From Octopus vulgaris (Eukaryota), in the NCBI GenBank assembly GCA_951406725.2, contig OX597820.1:52576001-52640000 (forward strand): DNA of 64,000 nucleotides, in the 5' to 3' direction. Shown in pieces: positions 41,455 to 54,526 of this stretch; within the stretch, counting starts at the first letter, position 1; each line of letters starts with the position of its first letter. A model generated the notes under the pieces. It had not been told where the DNA came from. It made no database searches and saw nothing but the letters and a program-made list of their open reading frames with translations. Position numbers and translations under genes: made by a program.

Positions 41455-42140
41455 TGGGCGGCATTTTCCACTTATCTCCCTAAGCTGTTTTCCTCTGTTT
41501 CATTACAATCCTGGCAACTGTTCAAACCTCTCCCACTCTTTCTTCTGGACAGGTACAGCCTATCTGTGTCACTTTTAAGGTGGAAGGCTCCGAGCACTGT
41601 CAACATCTTTTTTTGTCTTTGTATCCCAGTTCATCAGTTCTTTCTTTTTTGCCATTTTCTAATACCAGCTCTATACCGAAGTGATGCTATCATCCAAGTA
41701 TTAATTGCTTAGATTTTATTCAGCTGTTCTTTAATTTCCTTCTCCATTATCTTGTTGAACTCTAGTTTGCCCATCTATTTGTAGCCTTCCGTTTCAATTT
41801 GCTTAATCAGTTCTCTATTCGGTAATTCTATTACTACAAGAGTATGTATCTTTCTTCTTGTGAGCTAGATTATTCCAAACTTCATTAGGTCCGAATTCCA
41901 TTCTAATATCAGTACTAAAACAGTGGGCTGTGTTCACCAAGGCTGTGTTCAACAAGGCTGTGTTCACTTGTGTCTCATCCTTGCCATACAGTTTCAAATC
42001 ATCCATGAAGGGGAGGTGGTTGATTCTTTGGAGTTTTTCCTTTTAGTTGATATCACAGGTTCATTTTCCTAATTACCAAGGTCAGAGGGATCATACAGAG
42101 AACAAAAAGCAACGGAGATAAGCTATCACCCTATTTTCTT
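41455..42140 (-). mobile_element. Dong/R4-type LINE, reverse transcriptase part, decayed
   Basis: GDSLSPLLFVLCMIPL, FMDDLKLYGKDE, DIRMEFG, AINTW..LRYRAGI and AFHLKSDTDRLYLSRKSGRGL. Confidence 0.9.
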
Positions 42141-42941
42141 GAAACAGTCAATCGTTATAAAGCTCTATGAATAGAATTGGATTTACTATGTTTTACCCAA
42201 TGAAAAGAGTGTTTTTATTAATTATTATTTTCCAACAAAGGTCTCTAGAATATGTTTCCACCACATCACCAAGGGATGAAGCATATTGTTCCCTTTTAGA
42301 AATATTTACACTTTGTGTAGTTTGGTAAACGATTATTACAAGTATATCAAGATACTTTATTCTGGAGTAGAAGGAAAACGAACTATCTAGAAGTGTGGAA
42401 GTATGAATATATATTATTCTTTAAAATTGAAAATATAAAAGCAGGGTTTTTTATACATATACATAGATAAAACAAATCTTTAAAAACGATTTTCAACGTT
42501 GCTGTGAAGAGTCATTTTGGGAAACATATTCACACTTAAGCAATCACAAGTGCCTTATACTGCATTAGCAATTTGCTGTGTTTATTTGTATTAAATAGGA
42601 AAGGAAAATATTAGAATTTTATTTGTTGTAGGAAACGTTAAAAACGTTTTACAGAAGTTAATTTTTACATGCACAAAGTAAAATGCAACACATTGGTTGG
42701 AGAGAGACTGGGGGAGTTTTCATTTACTGGAAAGGTAAAAATCTGGAGAACCCCCGTTCAATATGAGATAAGAGGTGTGCAATACCAACTGAGATAGACC
42801 ATATTAAATCTATGTTTGTCTTTTAAGACCTTTAACGAGGCGAAAACACAAGTGTATTTGGTACGCCAGATACCCATCCGCACGTTTGATTCAAAGTATA
42901 TAAGACGAGAGATAACAACTAGAGATATTGGCGACACCGTA

Positions 42942-43215
42942 CTCTCTCTTTACTCTTTTACTTGTTTCAGTCATTTGACTGTGGCCATGCTGGAGCACCA
43001 CCTTTAATCGAGCAACTCGACCCTACGTATATATATATATACATATATACGACGAGCTTCTTTCAGTTTCCGTCTGCCAAATCCACTCACAAGGCTTTGG
43101 TCGGCCCGAGGCTATAGTAGAAGAGACTTGCCCAAGGTGCCACGCAGTGGGACTGAATCCGGAACCATGTGGTTGGTAAACAAGCTACTTACCACACGAC
43201 CACTCCTGCGCCTAT
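42942..43215 (-). mobile_element. SINE family B (CORE-like)
   Basis: Contains cagtcatttgactgtggccatgctggagcacc and gacttgcccaaggtgccacgcagtgggactgaatccggaaccatgtgg. Confidence 0.9.
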
Positions 43216-43914
43216 GATATATATATTTGCGTCACTGTTCGAGCAATTCTTAAGTGTGAAGGAGCATGCAATAACACGTGGTTGGGTGAGGTCCACATTT
43301 TGTTGCATGTGTTGGTGATCCACAACAAACATCAGATTATACCAAAATTTCTAAAGAACACCATAAACACGGCCAAACAGACGAACCATCCGACAACCCA
43401 ACAACGAATACTGCAACAATGAGAATAGCAGTAGCAACATCAACAAAATTTACATCACGAACAACGACAGCAGCAGTAAAAGAAGCTACAGCAAGCATAA
43501 CAAGTTATGATAAAACATCAGCTCAAAAACAAGAAGAATATCAGTCACAATAAAAACAAAAGACACATTAATAAGACAGCTACAAGGTAATAAACAACCA
43601 CAGAAAAAAGGCTATAATAAAAATACATCAAGAGCAACAATTTGTTGGAGAATCTCGATTTCTAAGTTCTTCGAATGGAAAACGAGGAATTAATGGGGTA
43701 TGTACATTCCTATGCTCGCCTTGTGAGGGACTCGTTAATGTAAGTATATATAAAAAAGCCACAAGGGTTACTTCTGATGAAAACCACACTAGAAGTATAT
43801 CGACTTCCCCGAAAAAGAATTCCAAATAACGTGGCGAATTTTAAAATTATATTTTGGAAGGCTTCGAAAAAGAAGACCATGACTCGTGACCGTTCCTTCC
43901 ATAACATTATTTCT

Positions 43915-44250
43915 CCCACCCTACTTAACTGACTTTACTAAAATGTGTCTGATCTGGAGATAGAATCAAAGATCTCGGGTAACTGTGCACGGATGTCGTG
44001 TTAGAGACCACTATATCCGAGACGAAATCGCGCGGCTCCTTTACAGATAAATATGGGGTCAATTCCCATCTTCAGCCGACCAGAATCGAACGGCGTATCA
44101 GTGCTGCTTAGAAATATCCTGGACACAGAGTTAAATTCGCCTTTCTAGACCCGGACACTAAGTCGGTGGTCTAGGATGTAAGCACCGCAATGGCGATGGT
44201 AGGGACATCCGGCTAGTGGCGAGCACATCTAGAGACAATCTTAGGAACAT
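43915..44250 (+). mobile_element. L1/Tx1-type ORF2 AP-endonuclease fragment, decayed
   Basis: NGVSVLLRNILDTELN..(fs)FLDPD.K.VV.DV resembles the GVAVL..FLDP.G.LVVLDV segment of Tx1-type endonucleases. The region is CpG-rich relative to its flanks. Confidence 0.5.
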
Positions 44251-44256
44251 CATTAA

Positions 44257-44465
44257 TATTGATTTGAAATTTTATCATCAGCTTCAAGTGCAGAGTTAAG
44301 TCGATTACATAGACGCCGGTACTCAAATTGTATTTATTTTATCGACCCCAAAAGGATGAAAGCCAGTGTCCACCTCGGTGGAATTTGAACTCAGATAATA
44401 AAGAGAGATGAAATGCTGCTAAGCATTTTGCCCAGCATGCCATGATTCTACCAACTCGCCGCCTT
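44257..44465 (-). mobile_element. SINE family A
   Basis: Contains atcgaccccaaaaggatgaaagcc, cggtggaatttgaactcaga and ccaactcgccgcctt. Confidence 0.85.
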
Positions 44466-44971
44466 GGAAACATTATAACTATTAGTAGGTGACTGAAAGT
44501 GCATTTTGGGTGTACGTAGGGATTATGTGGTGTAGTCGATAAAGTGAAGGGAACAGTCTCACAAACCTACTCACGAGCTTCAAAATACTTGACGGGTTTC
44601 ACTCTGACACAGTGCTTGTTACTAATGATTACCCTAATCAACTATCGCTCAACTTGTGCAGTAATCCGATCTCTGAACTCTCCTTCAAGTCTGCTTCACG
44701 AAATATGCATAAGAATGAAGAAACTGGTTAGGCTGAATGGGCCTACACTAGAGAGCTGGAAGGAAAAGGAAAGAGGGCACTTCGATGCGACAGATTATTC
44801 TTTGTGCTAGAGACTTGGGTTTCTCTCGAATTAATTTGGTAGACTACATATATTTTAGAGAATATTTCATATGATTCTTAATCGTTAAACATGTGTGACT
44901 TCTACATTTTAACACTCTAAATCCAATCTATTTGCGCGTAGTTGTTCTGCTGTCTTTGTATTGTTCTCAGT

Positions 44972-45204
44972 AAGGCGGCGAGCTGGCAGAAACGTTAGCA
45001 CGCCGGGCGAATTGCTTAGCAGTATTTTGTCTGCCGTTATTTCCTGAGTTCAAATTCCGCCGAGGTCGATTTTGCCTTTCATTCTTTCGGGGTCGATTAA
45101 ATAAGTACCAGTTGATCACTGGGGTCGATGTAATCGACTTAATCCCCTTGTCTGTCCTTGTTTATCGCCTCTATGTTTAGCCCCTTGTGGGCAATAAAGA
45201 AATA
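44972..45204 (+). mobile_element. SINE family A, full length with perfect TSD
   Basis: A 17-bp TSD tttgtattgttctcagt is at 44955-44971 and 45205-45221. Confidence 0.95.
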
Positions 45205-45309
45205 TTTGTATTGTTCTCAGTGACTTAGGCACTTGTGGGCAATAAAACAAATCATCATCGTCGTCATCGTTATGAGCAATAACACTAATACAACTGTAAC
45301 ACCATCGTT

Positions 45310-45460
45310 TCATCATCATCATCATCATCATCATCATTATCATGAACACCAACACCAACAACTAACAGTAGCAACGTCTAATCGTCATCAATACTACTAC
45401 TACTACTACTACTACTGCTGCTGCTAGTATTAGTAGTAGTAGTAGTAGTAGTAGTAGCCG

Positions 45461-45496
<36 letters not shown>

Positions 45497-45545
45497 GACT
45501 ACTAAGACTACTACGACTACTTCTACTACTACTACTACTAACATT
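45310..45545. repeat. (CAT)n, (TAC)n and (TAG)n trinucleotide cluster
   Basis: Direct reading. Confidence 0.9.
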
Positions 45546-45849
45546 ATTGTTACGGTTATTGATTTTATCGTTCTTCCTGTTGTTCTTTTTAATATAATGC
45601 TTTTCTTTTTTATGATTGCCATCTCTAGCCCAGTAGGAGTCAACGAGTTAGCATCGTATTTCTCCTATTTTCCGCTCTAATGCACACAATTCGGTAGAAT
45701 TCATAAAACTTTGCCGTTTCAAATGTTAGAGTTGACTAAATCTCACAGAGCACAAACAGTGAGAGATAATGTTACCAAAAGTGAATCTTAGTAAAATTAT
45801 TTTATGCAGGCTAATGGAGTTATTTTCTATAAAAAAATATATTTATACT

Positions 45850-47326
<1,477 letters not shown>

Positions 47327-47330
47327 GTTG

Positions 47331-47361
<31 letters not shown>

Positions 47362-47689
47362 AATCTTTAGTTAAATATATTCAATGAGAATATTATATAC
47401 TGAATTTATATTGAGTGCTCTATTGTATCAAAGTATTAATACTATTAAAGTATTTATATATCTAATACGAGCGATTATATATATTTTGTAATATATTATT
47501 ATTAATATCAGGAAATCAATATTAGAAAATTCTTCAGAAAGATATATGCGTATGTAAAATAATTATTGTATTAAAAATATAAATATATATAAATATATAT
47601 AAATATATGTAAAAATGTATAAGTATAAATATATAATGTATATGACAGTTTAAAAGTTTTGAATTAAGTTTTTAGAGCATCTTACGATC

Positions 47690-48779
47690 GTTTCACAGAA
47701 GAGCTGTCCCTATAATGAAATCCTATATTGATAAGCATTTATAGACCAGTTCTGCAATTAATTTTACACTGGTTAGTGACCATAGCTGGGCGCAATAGTC
47801 AATGTGGCTAAGGATAAATGTCCTCCAAATGACCATCATCGTTTCCTGTTCTCTCGTTTTAAAAGTTCTAAGAATTCATCTGGTCAGCCGCCCACATTTC
47901 ATTGCCAACTTAGCAACATGCACATGGAAGGCTTTCTAGAAAGTCGATCGTGGAATAATACGTCACGAACTGCGTGATCTCGGCAGATTCGTTAAATTTT
48001 TAGAATGTCTGCATGAATTTCTGAAAGATAGACGTCGAGCAGTAGTAGCCAACGGGTCTACCTCCAATGACATGCAAATATGAGCGGTATTCCGCAAGGC
48101 ACCCTTTTGGGACTACTACTGTTTATAATGGCCCTCTCACATATGCTCTCAGCCACACATTCATATGAATGCCCAGGTTTCGCATTGACTGTGTCTCTGG
48201 GATTGCAATCCCTCCAAGCCCAGTGTATTTAATTGGAATTGCATTTAGTTTTGCATGCCGATAACATAGAGCTTGAAACCTTTCAACATTAAATATATTT
48301 CTTAGCCCACTTGTATATTTCATCTTATACATATTGCAGAGGCATAGCGTCTTCGGGGCTCTGTTTCACCTGTGAAACTTTTGTCTCATCTGCATAACTT
48401 GTGATCGTGGCTCTCTGTGTGGCTGAGAGCATATGTGAGAGGGCCATCTCGATGTCTATCTTTCAGAAATTCGGGCAGACATTCTACCACTTAACGACTC
48501 TGCCGAGATCACGCAGTTTGTGACGTATTATTCCACGACCGACTTTCTCGAAAGCCTTAGCAAAATCGAGATTTATCACATGCACATTTGAGTGATAGAG
48601 CAGCTGTTTCCACACCCAGTCATAGTGTTGTAATAGCTGAGACAAGCAGCTACTTTGTAGTCGGAAACCATGTCGGGTGTCAGTTAGCAAGTAATTTTCC
48701 TCAAGGAACGTGGTTCGGTTTCTTTTGATTATTCGTTCCATGATTGTGTCGATGTATGAGGTTAGAGAGATAGGTTTGA

Positions 48780-48780
<1 letters not shown>
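47690..48780 (-). mobile_element. CR1-type LINE RT fragment with internal inverted duplication
   Basis: PISLTS..MERII, HGFR..SCLSQLL, LDFAKAFEKV, SYADETKV, FNVERFQAL, RNLGIHM, ILRTFKTRE and LSHIDYCAQLWS. Confidence 0.88.
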
Positions 48781-48862
<82 letters not shown>

Positions 48863-51685
48863 TGTATCTACATGTGTGGTACATACGCATACGCACGTTT
48901 ACACACGCGTGTGTGTGTTTGTGCGCGCGTGTGTGTGCGTGCGTTGCGTACGTGCGTGTGTGTGTTTGTTGATATTTGTTAGCAGGGCCAATACGGCTAA
49001 CGTTAAACACAGTGGTCGATACCCGAAGTCGATCTCATAAATTTTTTTTCCTATGTTCCCGTGTATAAAAACGGCATCTGATACGCTATATTGACACATC
49101 GTGAACTAATGATTAGGTTACATGAACTTTATGGAAACAAAGAAAAATGGGAATTCCAAGGATTGTTGAGAGAGGAACGGCCTTATATAATGTGAGACAA
49201 AGTCAATATCAGCTGGTTGATAAGTCCGAGAGCAGCAAAGAAAGTAGATCTTAGAAGAACTTTCAAACTCTCGGTATCGATGGATATAGAGCGTCTTCTT
49301 GGGAATGGATATTTTCTCTGAGCAAAATCAATATTAGTCGTGACGAAACTCACAGATTTGTTTGTCTCGCAAGGCTACGAGTGGAGTAAGTAGACAGGTC
49401 GTTGATCTATGGATCAGATTTTTTTCTTTGTCACAAATGCGTATTAAGATTATGATTGGAAAGTTTGATTTTTTTTTTTATTTCACAAACTTGTATCAAG
49501 ATTTAAGATTATCATTGGAAAACATGAAATGCCATCTGGTTTGTTGTTTAAAAGTTCAGTAGCCTAAAAATGCTATTATCTGTCTTCCAAAGCGCACATC
49601 TGATATACCAAAGGATCTCACATTATAATGTGTATGTGTGTGTGTATTGTGTGTGTCTGAGTGTGCGTGTATGCGGGGGGGAGTGATAGACGTGTTATTG
49701 CGTATCAAATGGGCCCGAATGAAATGTAGTGATGATTTAGGATAAAGCTGATGCTATGTTTAATGGGAATAGTCCCAGTGAGATAAAACTAGCAGGTATA
49801 TCGCGTTAATAAACGAACTGCAAAATTGTATACACTATTTTTGCTCTATCTTCCTCGTTTTCTCGCGTCTTTTATAGACCTTATTCAACAAAATATAAAC
49901 CTAATTCAACAACTTTATGATAAGAGTGTTTGTTTTTTTATAAAAGATGATGTAATTCACTGTGCTTGTTAAAAATTAATGTAATACTTTGACTCCGCCT
50001 TTGTGTTTGTTTAACATACACATCCGTCGTCCTTGAAAATTCTCACTTGTCTTTTTATTGTTTCTTCTATGAAAATGGAGAATAAACCCAAGCAATAGTA
50101 TTTATGAGGTTTATGACCCTACTGGGTCATAAGCCTCATAAATATTTTCGGTTGCATCCATTTGATTCATTTACTACTACAACTGCTCAGCATGCACACT
50201 GATGAAAAGAGATCTCCTGCCATGCTGATATGGTCTAGGGAAACGATAAAAAGAATATAGTGAAATGGATAGGCTTAAACAGTAGCTCTTTTGAAACGGG
50301 TGGTTAGAAATAAACAATGACAAATTGAACAAATTAGCATTTTAACATTATCTTGTTTAAATGTGTTATGAAACGCAGACACATGACCATATTTTAGTTT
50401 CAATATTATTATATGTTTCCTGTATGTTTTATGTGTGTGTGTGTGTGTGTGAGCAGTAAAATTTGAATTGTATCATATGTATTACTTATATCGCAATTAT
50501 GAAACTATTAGCAGAAAAAGTCAATTTTTTTCTGATACTTGAAATAACAATTTTTATACTTGTAAAAGAAAGAAAAAAAAGAAGATGGTTAAGTAGAATA
50601 TTGGAAGAGAAGTGAAAAGAGAGGAAAGCAAGGACAGGTGTAAGCTAGGTATGAGATTAAAAAAACGGAAAATTGTTGAAGCCAAAATAAGATGGCAGGA
50701 ATAACTACTAATTTTCATGAAATCTAAATCATAACATCAGAATATAACAACCCCATATTTACAAAAGAGTATTTGAACATTGTGAACAACCTGAAACTCG
50801 CGGAAAAATTACAACCTACGACCATACACAAGAGCTGATCAGAATTAAAATGATCCTACAGAGTAACGATCAACCAAAAACATAACAGCTTTCATGAGCA
50901 AAATATAAGCCTCAATAATGTTAGTCAAAACCGGTCACCATATATCTACGTTGCATTAAAACCATATGGGTGAAATTTGAAAGATAGGTAGTCCATACAC
51001 AAATAGGACATTATACAAAGAACGTCTACCATTCAGTGACATGCTTCGCAAAAAGTATCTTTAAATGGGACTATGACAAGGAACTGCGCATATTCTTCTT
51101 GTAGATGTAGCGGTGAAGATAAAGGGACTATCTGCCGCGCCCTAAATTAAGGCTAGAGAAAAATCGTAAAACTTGGCTAATGCTTTGTGGAAAGCAATGA
51201 TAAATCACCAAGTCAAAATAATAGACAGAGAACAACAATTGAAGATAAAGCGAGTGAAAGACTGAGCGCGTATGCACGGCTTTTTTTGTCATCTGGTCAG
51301 GTAGAACAAGAAGATGGGTACCATATGGAAACGTTTTCTCTTTCCGCTGTGAACAAATATTATACCTATCACCATAATACAGTTAGATATAGAGCTCTTA
51401 CTTTTCATAACATAATATTCCTAAATGACCTTTCGGAGTGACTATATACGCAATTGTTATAGTGTAGAAGTTTAATTAGCTGGTGAGCATAAGTTCAATC
51501 CCTGGGTTAGTAATTGGGAAAGGCATACAGATCAGTACAAACTTCTGAGGTTGATTAAATAAACGATTTGTACCAAAATTTTGAGAAAATTACCGAATAT
51601 AACGGTAACCTGAAGATCGCTGGGGAATATAACAGATAATACATACATAAACACATAATACCTTCATAATACATACATACATACA

Positions 51686-51712
<27 letters not shown>

Positions 51713-51716
<4 letters not shown>

Positions 51717-51805
51717 CAAATAAAATCAAAAACAGAACACAAAGGATGTCGCGGTACACGTGTGCCGCACATCCTTTGTGTTCTGTTCTTGATTTTATTT
51801 GATAT
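51713..51805. repeat. 93-bp near-perfect palindrome
   Basis: 37-bp outer arms with one mismatch, one bulged C, and inner gcggtacac/gtgtgccgc. Confidence 0.95.
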
Positions 51806-52924
51806 ATTCTTTCTCACCTCTGCCACTATCTGGTGTATACAGGTGCTTACACTTATCAAGTATTCACCCTCTACTCTATCAAGTCAACATTGTAAGACAT
51901 CTCAATAAAACTCAAATCTTCATACTCGTACTAGTTTAAAACGTATTTCTTATAATTTCAATCAGCCCTTCGTGCATTTTCTTGGTCAAACGAAGCACTA
52001 TAGCTCATCTTTAGAAGCAAATTCATCTTTCTTCTTTCGCGTGAAAGTCGTTGTGGAAACTGTTGTTATGTTTTCTTGCAGTTTTAAACTTTCATTACAC
52101 AGGCTGCAGGCTGTCCATTCATACTTTCCCAGAGAACCCTTTTAGTCATTTCTCATCTTTATTCTTAGTATTTCTAAGTTTACCGAAACTACAAATTTTC
52201 CTTCCAGCAGAACTAACTTTCTATGTGTTGACTTATTCCCTGTAGGTTAAGCAGAGAAATTGGATTTTTTTCTTCTTCATATATGGTTTATGGATTCAGA
52301 ATATATTGCGCCTGTTTAACAAAGAATAGCAATTTGATTTCATATCCACATCAGCATGAAATTTCTTTTCTTTGAAGGAATATATATAATACAAAAGGAA
52401 ACAAACCTCATTTAATCTAGCTATCCAAGTTGAAATTGGAGCTATTGACGCACAACCTTCATTTAAACATTAAAAGAATCTACTTGTACAATTCCATTTA
52501 AAAGAGAACTGAAAGTGCACTTCTTGACATTTTAAAGATATTTTCCAGATTTTTTTTATTTACTTATTATTAAAAACAATTCCAAACAACCTTCTTATCA
52601 ATTTTCCATACGGACAATTTAATCTCTTTTGCCTTTCCTATGATATTGGCCCTTAAGGATAGAAGATTAAAGTCTGAAATCAGTTGTTTTTCATAAAAAT
52701 CTATAAGCGACTTTGTAAAATATATTTTCCTCTGAAAATGCTATTAAAAGCTAAGTGTGGAGCAATATTGCGGCATTTGAAGCAAGTAACCTGTTTAAAT
52801 TGCAAAATATACTACACATTACCGAACTAAATTTACATGTTTGCCTCATTTTCATGTTTAGGTTTCAGTTACATATGCATGCACATACGTACGTATGTAT
52901 GTATCTGCATGTATAGGTATATAT

Positions 52925-53013
<89 letters not shown>

Positions 53014-54096
53014 CATGTATGTACCTATATTTGTGTATATATATATGTGTGTGTTTATATAAAACTACTTATATGTTCACAGAAACAAACCTTGGTAGTT
53101 GCTGCAAGCTTTTGTGAAGTATGATTGCACGAATTTTTTGATAATACAAAACGATGTTGTTTAACATATATAAATAAGTTAAAGATATTAAAGTTGCTAG
53201 ATGTTGTGATGCTTACTGTGATGCTTACCAAACACTGGTAAAGAAGGAAGTACAGAATTAAATAGTGAAGTTTTCGGTCCAATATAGCACAAAGAAGAAA
53301 CGATGTGAGGCATAATATAGCAATAGAATGAAATTTTAGTGAAATAGTGCACGGGTGCGTATGAGTATGTGCAATGTGTATTTGAATATAGATGCACACT
53401 AACGGCTTGTGAAATTAATTTTAAAAAATCGATATTTGAGAATTAAAATTTCTGTTTGTAACAGCGATTGTTAAGAAAAACTGATGAAAATCATATCAGA
53501 CATTTAATGTTATGAAATTAATTAAAGGGTAGGATATAGAGATGATATTTTTACAAAAAGCAATTTAGATGTACAGTATACTCTTGAACATTTAAAGTAT
53601 TGCTATGCTCTAATCTGCATTTTGTATATTTTAACAAGGTATCGCTCACAATATTTTAATTTTTGTTACGAGTAAAACTATAATACAGTATACAAATTTA
53701 TATAGGCATTTGCGAGCCAAAGATCTATCTAAATGATTATTCATTTCACATCTATTGAAAGACTCTTTTGTGCCGTCAGCTTCGGAGAATAAAATTGTAT
53801 TTCTACAGCGGACGATCTTTGCTATTCGAATGTACTCAAGTCACATACGGTTTTACACGAATAAGTTTTCCTCAACGCTGCTTCGTGCGATTACTTCGTG
53901 ACCCTAGTTTGACTAAATTTTACACACATCAATATACGCACTGTACACGTTTTCAATATAACAACGAATTCGTTTTGTTTTGTTTATTCTATATTTTGTA
54001 TATTTTAGGAAGGTATCGCTCACAATATTCTATATATACACAGGTATGTATTTATATATATTCTATTTATACACAGGTATATATTTGTATATATAT

Positions 54097-54401
54097 TGTT
54101 TTGTTTGTTCCTTCTCGAGCCACGCCTGGCTCATAAGGACTGGTTTCCCGGTTCCCTTGGCGTATAGGTTCCCCACCTGGACGGGACGCCGGTCCGTCGC
54201 AGGTGAACTGCAAGATGCAGGAGAAAAGAATGAGAGAAAGTAGTGGCGAAAGAGTCAGCAAAATTTCGTCATTACCTTCTGCCGGAGCCGCGTGGAGCTT
54301 GGGTGTTTCGCTCATAAATACATGCATCGCCCGGTCTGAGATTCGAGCCCGTGATCCCTCGACCGCCAATCCGCTGCTCTAACTACTTGGCCATGTGCAT
54401 C
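54097..54401 (-). mobile_element. tRNA-derived SINE, family D (V/Meta-like central domain)
   Basis: Reverse complement of 62306-62593. Central motif ctgcgacggaccggcgtcccgtccagg. Confidence 0.9.
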
Positions 54402-54446
54402 CACACACACACATACACACACGCACACAGACACACACACTCATAC

Positions 54447-54526
<80 letters not shown>

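Noticed and set aside
50700-52700. Composition suggestive of decayed LINE or transposase coding sequence
   Set aside because: No diagnostic motif could be read in any frame.
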